Positions 26,857-36,299 of a DNA stretch of 36,299 bases are shown here, in pieces. Both the position numbers and the translations under genes were made by a program. The notes under the pieces were generated by a model. The model was not told the origin of the DNA, did not search any database, and worked only from the letters and a program-made list of their open reading frames with translations. The DNA is from Chrysochromulina tobinii (lineage: Eukaryota). The DNA is taken from the NCBI GenBank assembly GCA_001275005.1, contig JWZX01002794.1:1-36299 (forward strand), in the 5' to 3' direction. How positions within the stretch are numbered: position 1 is the first letter of the stretch; each line of letters begins with the position of its first letter.

Positions 26857-29582
26857 TCACTCTCCCGTTTCTGCCGACACGGCCACCACCGGAGCAGAGT
26901 GAGGGTCCGGGGCCCGCGGGGCCTGGGCATTCGGCCTCTTCTTAAAGGAACTTGCCATGAGCCTCTTCACGGAATTTTCCATGAGCGAGCCGTCACCTGT
27001 GGCAAGGGCCCTCCTTGCTCTGAGCATTCCTCTGTGAACTGAGGAATCCTCATTGACTGCGGCACGAGCCTTCATCGATCTTCGCACGATGTCGACGATG
27101 AGCACGGTGATAATGGGAGACACCGACGCGCAGGTGAGAATGCCGAAGCCCTCCTCGGCGCCGACCGCCTTGGAGAAGCCGATGCCGGTGGAGAGCACAA
27201 ATGGCACCGTCACGGGGCCCGTGGTCACTCCGGCCGAGTCCCAGGCGATGGTCGCCATGTCCTCGCTGGAGAAGTAGGTGAGGGCGAGCGCGGCAAAATA
27301 CTTGCCCAGGATGAACCCGATGAGGCTCGCCCCGAAGAGGATCTTGCACGCCCCGGCCGACATGCCGACAGCGACGCCCACGCACACGGCGTAGACCAGG
27401 AGCTTGCGGGAAAAGGCCCCCTTGGACAGCTGCTCCACGGTCTTGCCCAGCACGTTGAGGGCCGGCTCGGCGCGGGTGGCGAGGAAGCCGAGGATGAAGA
27501 CGGTGGCGATGGTGAGCGCGACCCCCCCGCCAAAGGGGTAGAATGGTGAGGACGGCTCGCCGGACACCGACATGAAGGACGCGGGGAGGAGGAGGCCCAC
27601 CTGGTCCCTGCAACGCGCGCCATCGAGACAGATTTAGAGAGGGAGTGCGGGGTGCACGGGGGCGAGGCGAGGGGGGCAAGGCGATTTCATGGGCGGGAAG
27701 GGATGACGAAAATGCGGGGCGGAGAGGGGCTATGCGCCATGGACGGAGGATGGCGCGGGTGGGGGGGACCAAAGGCTGATTGGGGTTGGAATCACAACGC
27801 CGCCGATCCCCTTGATAAGACTCACCCGATAGCCGTGAACCCGTACGTGAGGCCGAGGTTGAAGAGCACCATGCCGATCTGTCCCATGAAGATGCCGAAG
27901 AGGAGAGGCCTGGCGTTCGCCCAAGAGGACTGGGCGGGCTTTCCGCCGTTGGGGTGGGCTAGCGAGCTGTCAGGGGAGTGGGGTGCGGCAGTAGAGGACG
28001 CAGCAGCTGCTGCCGCCGCCGAGCTCGCCGAGCTCTCCCCCGACACGGTCGATCCACAAACCAGCGGAGGGGGGTCGACCGCCTCCTGGTCAACCTCGCC
28101 TCCTTTTTCCGAGGTGCGGGGCGTCTCGAGAGTCGCCTGTACCTCGGCCTCGGAGATGGTGATAGAGTGGCCGCTGAGGTGCGGCTCGGTGAGAGAGTTG
28201 CGGCTGCCATCCTGCTCGAACGCCACCGGGTCAACCTCGCCTCCCTCCGTGGTGCGGAGTGCGGGGCTCTCGAGGGCTGCCTGGACATCGCAGATGGTGA
28301 TAGAGAGGCGGTGGAGGTGCAGCTCGGCGATAGAGTGGCGGCTTTGTGGTGACAGAGGGGCGGCGTCCTGCTCCCCCAGTGGAGGAGCTGGACGGGATGG
28401 CGTCCTCCAGCGGGTGGCGACCTCCTTCGTCTCGACGGGGGAGGGGGCGGCGCTGGAGGACGTGGCGGATGCCGAAGTCGACGACGGCCCTCCACCTCCA
28501 CCGGCGGCATCCACTCGCTCGGCCGGTACAATGTCGACGACCGGATATATGGACAGGTGCGGGATGGGCTCCCGGATGATGAAGAGCACGAGGAAAACCA
28601 TGGCGAAGTTGAGGGGCAGGATGGCGCGGACGGCGAAGACGACCTCGCGCAGGGGGCTGATCTCGTGCTGCAAATCCTCTGCAAAGACCGCCTCGGGCCG
28701 GTTGACGATGTCGTCGTGGGTGTAGATGAAGGAGAGGACGATGCCCAGGAGCTGCACCGCGAGGACGGGGAAGAGGGAGGCGAGAGTGACGATGCCGAAG
28801 CCGTCGAGCGCGGGCTGCTGCCCGCCCCCCAGGACGGCCTGCTGGAGCATCAGGCTGGCGAGCCTCTTCTCCTTGGACGTCTTCATCGCGCCGATTCCGA
28901 GGGCAAGGAGGACGGGCACGGACACGGGGCCCGTCGTCACGGCGCCGCAATCCCACGCAAGCCCGAGGATGGGCTTGAGCTCCGGGTTGCCCCACTGCAT
29001 GTAGCAGCTGCAGATGAGGCAGGGTGTGATGGTGGCCAAGATGACCTTCTTCATGTTCCAATTGTTCTGGAAGCGCAGGATCCCAACGATGGCTGCAACG
29101 CCCACGCCGAGGCCGATGGAGAAGATGAGGGGCTCGAGGAAGTCGTTGAGTACGATGTACAGGTAGGGCGTCTTGCTTCGTTCGACGAGGCGCGCCAGGG
29201 GCCGCAGGGAGGCCAGGGCGGGCTCGGCGTAGGTGCAGAGGATGCCGAGGCACAGGGCGATGAAGAGCGTCGCAGCCTGGGGCAGCTTGCGGGGCATCTC
29301 GCGGCCGATGAGCTCCCCCAGGGGCATGACGCAGATGCGCAGGGAATCGGTGAAGAGCGTGAGACCCACGATGGCGCACAGCATTCCCCCGACCAGCTCC
29401 CCCGGGGCGTTGGGCGCGCGCTGGAAGAAGATGGCGATTGTGAGGACGAGCTGGAGGGTGATGGGCACGACGGCCAGCGTCTGCTCCTGCAGGTTCACGG
29501 CGAGGAGGCGGACGTAGGCGGCAGCCCCGGTCGAGTAGCCCCGCTTGAGGAGGGCCACCTCCAACGAGTCAACCCAAGGCAT
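26857..29582 (-). CDS. Tandem (fused) DUF1538 multi-pass membrane protein, ~835 aa
   Basis: Exon 1 27826-29582, GT-AG intron 27608-27825, exon 2 26857-27607 (FTAIG|DQVGLLLP). Both halves carry AEPAL and W-D-x3-VTTGPV[ST]VP plus GFGI[VL]T, the DUF1538 signatures. Confidence 0.88.
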
Positions 29583-29840
29583 TGAGAAGATTGAATGAAA
29601 TCCTACACCCCTGAACCGAGACGCCGTTCAAGGGAAGCGAAACTTGACAAACTCGCTCGAAATGGAAGGTCTTCATGTAAAACATCCACAGAAATTCACG
29701 AATTATAAAGGGGTGTTTACAGCCATCTCTTCCAGACCCACGCCCCTGGGTCCAAATCTCAGCTCAAAAACCTCGAAAAGAGTACAGTACCGTCGGTTCT
29801 GCCAGGGCAGGATCTTACAAAAGACGCTCGCTCCCGCATA
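29583..29840. promoter_or_regulatory. Probable bidirectional promoter between the DUF1538 and HPAT genes
   Basis: 258-bp AT-richer spacer between head-to-head ATGs, containing TATAAA at ~29704. Confidence 0.4.
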
Positions 29841-32183
29841 ATGGCAAAGACTCCTCTCCTCTCGTTTGCCCTCGTCTTTGCGGCAGGCTTTGGCTTCGGC
29901 TTCATGTACCATCATATTGCGTCCCTTGCGCACGAGGCGATCGCGAGCGAGTCTGGAGATAGCCTACTGCCGCGGCTGCGCTCCGTCGAGGCGAGGCTGG
30001 CGGTGCTCGAAGCGTCCAAGGCGACGGCGATCCTGCCCGTGCTTGCCAATGGAGGCGCGGCCACGACGCAGCGACTGGACCGCGCGGCCACCGCGATGTC
30101 AATTGCTGCGGGCACCGACGACGGCGTCGAGGCGAGGCTACTCCAACGGAAGCTGGGCGCGACCTCATCGAAACATCGGGCCTCCTCCTCCTCCTCTCCC
30201 TCCAAGACCAAGAGCCTTTGGTTCTTTGTGCCGCCGGGCGTCAAGGGAGGCGAGGAGGTGACGGTGCAAGGGCCGTCGGGCTCGATGGTGGTCACGGTGC
30301 CGGAGGGCAAGGTTGCGGGCGATAAATTTGAGATCGTCCTGCGCGACTCTGGTGGCTGCCCTCCGGGTCGCAAACCTTACCACATCGTGCTTACCGCGCA
30401 GGACAATCTGTACCAGGCGTGGCAGACGCGCATCATGTACTACCACTTCCAGAAGCTGCAGCGGGCCGATCCGTGCTCAGAGATGACGGGGTTCACTCGA
30501 CTCCTCTCATCGCCTGACGGCGGTCGGGACGCCATGTCGGATGAGATCCCAACCGTCCATGCGAAGATGCTCTCGCCAGGCACCGGCTGCCAAAGTACTG
30601 GCGAGAATACGTGCGACATGGGGTTCCCTGTCATGAACCGGCCGCACGCGGTCACGCAGTTCCTCGCGCAGCTGCCCGCTTCGCTCACCGAGGAGTACGT
30701 CTTGATTGCCGAGACCGACCACCTATTTCTCAAGGAGCCGAGGAACCTTGCGACCCCGACCAAGCCCGTGTGCTTCCCGTTTGGGTACGTTGATTGCCAC
30801 GGACGACCTCGGATGACCTGCCCTGTGCAGAAAAGTGTTCGCTCACAACGGCGCGCCGCCCACCTTTTCCTCAGGTACATGAACGCCAAGGCGCCCGAGC
30901 TGCGCCCGCTGGTCGCCAAGTGGGCTGAGGACCCCGACGTGGTCGACCCTTGTGGCCCGTCCCCCATCCTCATTCACCTGCCGCAGCTGCGCAAGCTCAC
31001 TCCAGAGTGGCTTGCTCTCTCGTTCAAGCTCAAGCGCGATGAGGAGGCCGACAAGGTCTTTGGGTGGGTTCTCGAGATGTGGGGATACACCATCGCCGCC
31101 TCACGCTTGGGCATCCGGCACCTCGTGTGGAACGACTTCCAAACAGAGCCGTCGTCGCTCTGGCACTCGACCCTCGACGGAGATCCCCACATATACCACT
31201 ACACGTTTGGGCTCGAGTACACGCTGGACGGGCTGCCGGTGACGGGCGTGGGCGACTGGTCGCTCGACAAGCGTCACTTCATGGGGCAGTACCCGCCGCG
31301 CCATCTCGACGCGCCGCCAAAGTGCGCGGGCAGGGCCGCCGCGACGCTCACCGCCATGTTCAACGAGGCGTCCGCCGCCATTGGGGACTGGCCCGAGGAC
31401 ACGGCGCCGCACGGCACCCTAGGCTGGGCGAATGTGAATGGACCGTCCGCTGTGAATCATGCGCCGGCACTCGCCACCGAGGAGGCCTACCAGCATTCGA
31501 AGCTCGCCAAGGCAGTGGTGGCGCGCGGCGCGTGGCAGTGGGCGGGCAAGACTCCCGTGCTCTTCTTCCGCAGTGGGCGCATCTACACGCCCTGGGGTTC
31601 TGGCACGTGGTCGATCGTCGGGGACGCCCACCACGACGCCCACCACGAGGCCATCAGCGTCGCTCTCGGCGATGCTTGTGCCACGTGGCACCTCACCTTT
31701 TCGAAGGATGTGCGCACGTTCACGGCCACACGAGGCAAGCCGTGGAAGCCGCACACGACCAAGGGCACTCTCGCGAAGCCGCACGCCAACGACGCGTCGC
31801 TGCCCCCAGAGCCGGAGCGAGCGGATGGCTGGGAGACGCGCCATGATCAGAGCGCCATTGCGAAGCGGCTGATCGGCTCGGGACCCTGGGCTTGGCAGGC
31901 CGTGGCGCCGCTAGCATTCCTACCGAATGGAAGGCTTTTCACACCATGGGGGCGGGGCGTGTGGTGGCCGCACGACGAGCAACCCAACGTGATCCAATGC
32001 AACTTTGTGGGCCAGAAGCACGTGGTCACCTTCGATGAGTGCTGGTCGTTCACGTCCGTGCGTGAGAAGGATGGGGACCAGGCTACGGGCACCGCGAAGA
32101 TTGAGCCGCCACCGAAAGAATGTAAAGAGCTTCAGCCTGGCAGCAGTTCAGACGACGAGGCGGAGGAGCGAGTGAATACATGA
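29841..32183 (+). CDS. HPAT: Hydroxyproline O-arabinosyltransferase-like (HPAT, GT95) type II membrane protein with two extra C-terminal Trp-rich domains, ~750 aa
   Basis: N-terminal TM anchor. Motifs YHIVLTA...YQAWQTRIMYYHF, MTGFTRLL, DEIPTV, VMNRP, EEYVLIAETDHLF, GPSPILIH and FGWVLEMWGY. An in-frame 90-nt GT-AG intron at 30785-30874 restores FPFGYM. Confidence 0.9.
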   Translation: MAKTPLLSFALVFAAGFGFGFMYHHIASLAHEAIASESGDSLLPRLRSVEARLAVLEASKATAILPVLANGGAATTQRLDRAATAMSIAAGTDDGVEARLLQRKLGATSSKHRASSSSSPSKTKSLWFFVPPGVKGGEEVTVQGPSGSMVVTVPEGKVAGDKFEIVLRDSGGCPPGRKPYHIVLTAQDNLYQAWQTRIMYYHFQKLQRADPCSEMTGFTRLLSSPDGGRDAMSDEIPTVHAKMLSPGTGCQSTGENTCDMGFPVMNRPHAVTQFLAQLPASLTEEYVLIAETDHLFLKEPRNLATPTKPVCFPFGYVDCHGRPRMTCPVQKSVRSQRRAAHLFLRYMNAKAPELRPLVAKWAEDPDVVDPCGPSPILIHLPQLRKLTPEWLALSFKLKRDEEADKVFGWVLEMWGYTIAASRLGIRHLVWNDFQTEPSSLWHSTLDGDPHIYHYTFGLEYTLDGLPVTGVGDWSLDKRHFMGQYPPRHLDAPPKCAGRAAATLTAMFNEASAAIGDWPEDTAPHGTLGWANVNGPSAVNHAPALATEEAYQHSKLAKAVVARGAWQWAGKTPVLFFRSGRIYTPWGSGTWSIVGDAHHDAHHEAISVALGDACATWHLTFSKDVRTFTATRGKPWKPHTTKGTLAKPHANDASLPPEPERADGWETRHDQSAIAKRLIGSGPWAWQAVAPLAFLPNGRLFTPWGRGVWWPHDEQPNVIQCNFVGQKHVVTFDECWSFTSVREKDGDQATGTAKIEPPPKECKELQPGSSSDDEAEERVNT

Positions 32184-32635
32184 GAGGCCCGCTGCGTGTA
32201 ATACATCTAAAATGGCACAGCCTGTGCTGTGGGTATTTACTCCTCGTCGGATGATTATGGAACTTACCAATTTTAACTAAGGACCGGGCCTGCGTAGCTC
32301 GCGTTCCTGAGCACCCGAAATCCTTCGCCAGGCGCCAGGCAGGCCGAGGCATCTCGGCTCGACTCGGGACTCGGCACTGTCGGCCGCTGAACCACGACCT
32401 CCACCCGCAGCCGCACCGGCGCACTGTCTCGCGCGGATGCGACGCATGTTCTCCTGACTTGTGCCGATTTGACTTGAAACAAGTCAAGTCAAATCAAGCC
32501 GCCCCGGTCGCTCCCGGCGGCTTGGTTTGTCATTGTCATCGACTTGTCATGACTTTCTTCGGGTAGACCTTCTAACGAAACTTATATGGGCGCACAGCGA
32601 ACTGTTTCGCATTTTGTCGCGATTGGCGGCAGAAC

Positions 32636-35380
32636 ATGCAGGCCTTGGCGATGCAGCGGAGCGCTGAAACTTCGCCCCAGGCCTCACGCTTAGCGAGGCT
32701 CGCATCCACCGAGCCTCCGCGCGGTCATAACTCGACCACTCCACCGAAAACAGCCCCAACACTTGGCCTCAGAGGGTCGTCGAGCATGCCGCAGCTGAAA
32801 GCTCGCCAAAGCCAACGTATCTCTGATTCCAGCAGCAAAAGTGGCACTCTACCACCCATGGGAGGCCCAAATAAGCAAACCCCGAAGCGAGTCAGCCCCG
32901 AGTCTTCAATGGTGCGATCTCTCTCATCAGGAGTTACAGCAGTGGCCCCTGCACCGGCAGCTGCGCCCGCAAAATCAGCTTGGGCCAAGGCAGCAGCTCT
33001 GAACAAAGATTCCATGAAAGAGCTGATGAAAGCGTCCCGTAAGGAGTGGGCCGAGCAGGCACGCCAAACCTACGAGGATGCGATAGCTCGTGCACGCAAG
33101 GCCTGGGAGAAGCGCGACTTACCTAAGTGCGAGGAACACCTCAGCCTTGCGCTACTGCAATGCCCGAGCTCGGACGCATTGCACCGCTCGCGTGCTGCCG
33201 TGCGGTCGCGGCTCGGCAAAGCGGACGAAGCCCTCGCCGATGCAGGCGATGCCGTCGCCTCATCACCCGGCAACCCTCGTAACCACCTCATCTTCGCAGT
33301 TGCCAATCAGCGCACGCAGAACTTCAGCGCTGCTGGCACAGCCTACCTCACGTCGATGAGCCGTGGGATGACCGGTTCCTCCGACGAACTCGGATACTCG
33401 GGCTTCCTCAGCACGATACGGCGTCATCGCGACTATTATCTGGAGGTGCGTCCACCTCATCGGAAATCGTTCTCCCAGCTCAGCCTTGCACGTGCCCCTA
33501 GCCGTGCGAGCATTTTTGACCCAGACAAGACTCTGGAGGAGGAGGGACCAGCCCAAGAAGACGCGGAGCTCCCAGAACCGCCACAGCTCCTCCTTCTCAA
33601 TGCGGAGTCGAACGGCATCAAGGTCGAATGGTCCCCGACGAAAAAGCCCGAGGGTGAAGGCGTCACGATAAACGCCTACGAGCTCCAGGTGGCTGAATAT
33701 GACGTTGTGTGGGAGGGGAGTCGCTTTTTCGAGGGCTTTCGGTGAGTGATGATCTCAAGAACCGCGGCTGGCCAGCCCTCGGCGCGCCTATGCCTGCACA
33801 CCCGGCCCTCGCATAAATGACCCGCGCTTGCCTTCGTTTTGCTGCACGGCAGACCCTTCGAAACGGTCCACAAGGGGAATTCGAAGATTACGAGCTTCAC
33901 TATCAACGGGCTCCGCACGGACAACAAAGTGACGGTGCGCGTCCGAGCGCAGAGCTATTCTGGGCTGGGCGAGTGGAACGAGCTGTTGTGCTCGACAGCG
34001 CCGCCGCCCGGCCGCTCGGCCGATGCCCTGCCGCTTCCTCGAAAGTGGCTCCAGATGGACGTGCTCGATCTGGTGCCTCTGCACGTGATGGAGATCGGCG
34101 GCGATGCGAAGCGCTTCTTCCTCGAGCTGGCGAGCTGCTTCACGCCGCACGTCCGTACGATTAAGCGCCTTTTCAAAGGCTGGTCTCGAGCTGGGCAAGT
34201 CGGCCAGAAGGAGCGCGTCGGCGAGCTGACACGTCAACAGTTTCAGCGCTTCTGCAAGGAAGTGGGTCTCGCCCAGGGTGGCGGCCCTATGTCGAAGCGG
34301 AGTGGTGCGAAGCTCCTTTCCATGAATGACGTCGACCGCATCTTCCAGCGAGCGAACATGGATTTCCGAGGCAAGGAAAACAAAGCACTACTAGCTTTAG
34401 GTCTTGACGAAGCCAAGGTGGCGAAGCTCGTTGAGTCCTGCTTAGACGAACTCGCATCAAAGGGAGCGAACATCGAGAAGGATCCGGGCGAATCTGAGCT
34501 CCGTGACAAGCTCAGGCCGCTCTTCGACCAGTTCGACGAAGACGGTTCCGGCTCGATATCAACTGACGAAGTGGGGAAGATGACCAAGTCGCTCGGAGTG
34601 GACATGACGCCAGATCAGCTGCGAGATCTCATGCTCGAAGCGGACCCGGACGGCAGTGGTGAGATCGAGTTCGAGGAGCTGGTGGCCGTGTTGAAGAAGC
34701 AGATGAAGGAAGGATCAGGCGGCGCCATGGCGGCGATCTTCAAGGTCGAGGTGGATGAGGGCGATGGCGGCGCAACATCGATGGTGCTGAACGAGTTCGT
34801 TCATGCGCTGATCCGCTTGGCTTGGGAGTGCTATCCCGGATCAGACAATTCGATGGCCGACCGTCTCATCGCGCTGCTCGATCGTGCGGTTTTCCCCGGG
34901 AGCTCTCACCACCTCGAAAGCTCCGATCCCATGGAAGCTGAGATGCAATCGAGGCGCGTGCAGGCGGTTACTGACCACTTCAGCGAGCACCTGATGGAGA
35001 TCTTCCAAGTTTTTGCAGCCGCGGACCAGTCTCTCTCAGGGCAACATACTCAGGACAGCATGTCTTTTGCTGAGCTGGTCTTCATGCTGAAGGCAGGCAA
35101 CATGATCGATTCGAACCTCACGGTCACGAAACTCACCGAACTGTTTGCACTGATCAATGCCCAAGGCGCTGACGACGGAGACAAGGACGACGACGCGCAA
35201 GAGCTCAGCTTCGGCGAGTTCAAGAGCCTCATCTGTCGCATCGCGAACGAAAAAATTCCCGACCGAGGCGGAGAGCCATTCGAACACACGTGGCACGCAT
35301 TCTTGCAGATCACTTTCTTGCCCAAGTATCGCTCCGTTATCAAAGATATGAAGAAGAACCTCGTCAAGAAGACGCTTTGA
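32636..35380 (+). CDS. TPR + fibronectin type III + EF-hand protein, ~877 aa
   Basis: Exon 1 32636-33741, GT-AG intron 33742-33852, exon 2 33853-35380. TPRs (HRSRAAVRSRLGKADEALADAGDAVASSP). FN3 spans the intron (PEPPQL...IKVEWSP...YELQV...FTINGL...VRVRAQSYSGLGEW). Canonical EF loops DEDGSGSISTDE and DPDGSGEIEFEE. Confidence 0.85.
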
Positions 35381-35957
35381 GCTCCGCGTGAGCTGCGCGA
35401 AGACACGAGCTCGAGCAGCAGCGTACATGTAAGCCGAGCGGGCTGTCGCTTGTGGGCGTGGAAGAATCTGTGGAAACCGGTGCGACGTGACTGTCGTGTC
35501 CGACCACATCCAGACATCAGAGATTGACTCTCCGTACGATACATGGCGCGTAGGGGCCCTAACAACTAACATCAGCGCGATCCACAGCACACTCTCACAT
35601 GTATAATGTTCGATGTGTATAATACACATACAGTAACGAGTGGCACATGTGAAAGTACGGGCCGGGGTTACTGACGACACGGTACCCGTGACTACCCGTA
35701 CTGTCTGAGCCGCCAGCGATCTGTGTAGACGAGTACCACCTTGTGAAATCAAAGTTAAGCACTTAACGCGGTTATGAGAGGGAAGAGGGAGGCGAGAAAC
35801 GATGAACCCACAATCAAGTTCGGTAACGGTAAGCCCAAACGCCGCGGGCGTTTCAGGGGATGACGAACCGGACCTCGCGAAATCGCACAATCCTTCGCCT
35901 TTCGATGGAGTCCATTCAGCGTCCCTCGCCTCAGTCAGTCAATCGCGCATACACACA

Positions 35958-36299
35958 ATGCCACCTCGTGCCGCCACCGCACCTGCAGCTCCCGTCGACC
36001 CGCGCTTCGGCTTCGCGTACGTCGGCAACCCGACCGACGCCGCAGGGCGCCGCAAAGCGCTCGTCGAGAACGACGTGCTGACCATCGGGCCAAACCACGT
36101 CTTCGTCAAGCTCCTGCCGGACGCACTCGACCACGATACTTGGAAGCCTGAGATCGGCGTCCCTGTATACGCGCTGCACCTCATCTTCCTCGGCGGCAGC
36201 ATCATGGACAACTCGTGCTTCACTCAGGGAATACACTTCTCCATTACCCCCGAGCGTCTGACCAAGTTCGTCAAGGACCTCGACTCAAGCGGCGAGGCA
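35958..36299 (+). CDS. Hypothetical protein, 3'-partial (absent from the ORF track because it has no stop in the window)
   Basis: ATG at 35958 opens 114 codons to the window end: MPPRAATAPAAPVDPRFGFAYVGNPTDAAGRRKALVENDVLTIGPNHVFVKLLPDALDHD... Third positions are strongly GC-biased. Confidence 0.6.
   Translation, partial: MPPRAATAPAAPVDPRFGFAYVGNPTDAAGRRKALVENDVLTIGPNHVFVKLLPDALDHDTWKPEIGVPVYALHLIFLGGSIMDNSCFTQGIHFSITPERLTKFVKDLDSSGEA

Noticed and set aside
26552..26860. 102-aa ORF after the DUF1538 stop with duplicated AHDERGQ and a (CT)n tract
   Set aside because: Non-ATG start and it runs through a microsatellite, so it is probably 3' UTR. A frameshifted C-terminal extension cannot be fully excluded.
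32466..32495. Inverted repeat ttgacttg-aaa-caagtcaa upstream of the TPR-FN3 gene
   Set aside because: It is short and made of a CAAGT microrepeat; no function can be supported.
1..36299. Numerous long overlapping or antisense ORFs (e.g. 787..1545, 28231..29379, 28557..29585, 35036..35890); also searched for tRNA, rRNA and snRNA
   Set aside because: The ORFs are shadows expected from high GC and codon bias opposite real genes. No recognisable RNA-gene signatures were found by eye.

Overview
GC-rich, gene-dense eukaryotic DNA with short GT-AG and GC-AG spliceosomal introns. The style (GC donors, CATCAGAGGT-type 10-mer intron satellites, HPAT, AP2 and DUF1538 content) suggests a haptophyte alga such as Chrysochromulina; this is an inference. 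About 16 genes can be modelled by hand: a Ser/Pro-rich membrane protein (5'-partial), a small protein with a possible ubiquitin-binding motif, a Derlin fused to a dead transglutaminase-like domain, a double matrin/JAZ-type zinc finger, BCNT/CFDP1, a HET-E-like WD40 gene, two hypotheticals, an Rdx-fold plus helical-repeat protein, HTATSF1/CUS2, a GT61, a Tudor-AP2-Agenet protein, a tandem DUF1538 membrane protein, an HPAT (GT95), a TPR-FN3-EF-hand protein and a 3'-partial ORF. There is also an ~840-bp non-autonomous TIR element. The strongest candidate for an undescribed system is the WD40 gene at 9893-10967. It is a tandem array of near-identical [129-nt one-blade exon + 65-69-nt intron] cassettes that vary at the classic HET-E ligand-contact positions, and it ends in an F-box/SOCS-like tail. 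The Derlin-pseudo-transglutaminase fusion is second. Several 1-nt indels at short base runs suggest assembly errors. All domain calls come from motif recognition by eye; no database searches were run.
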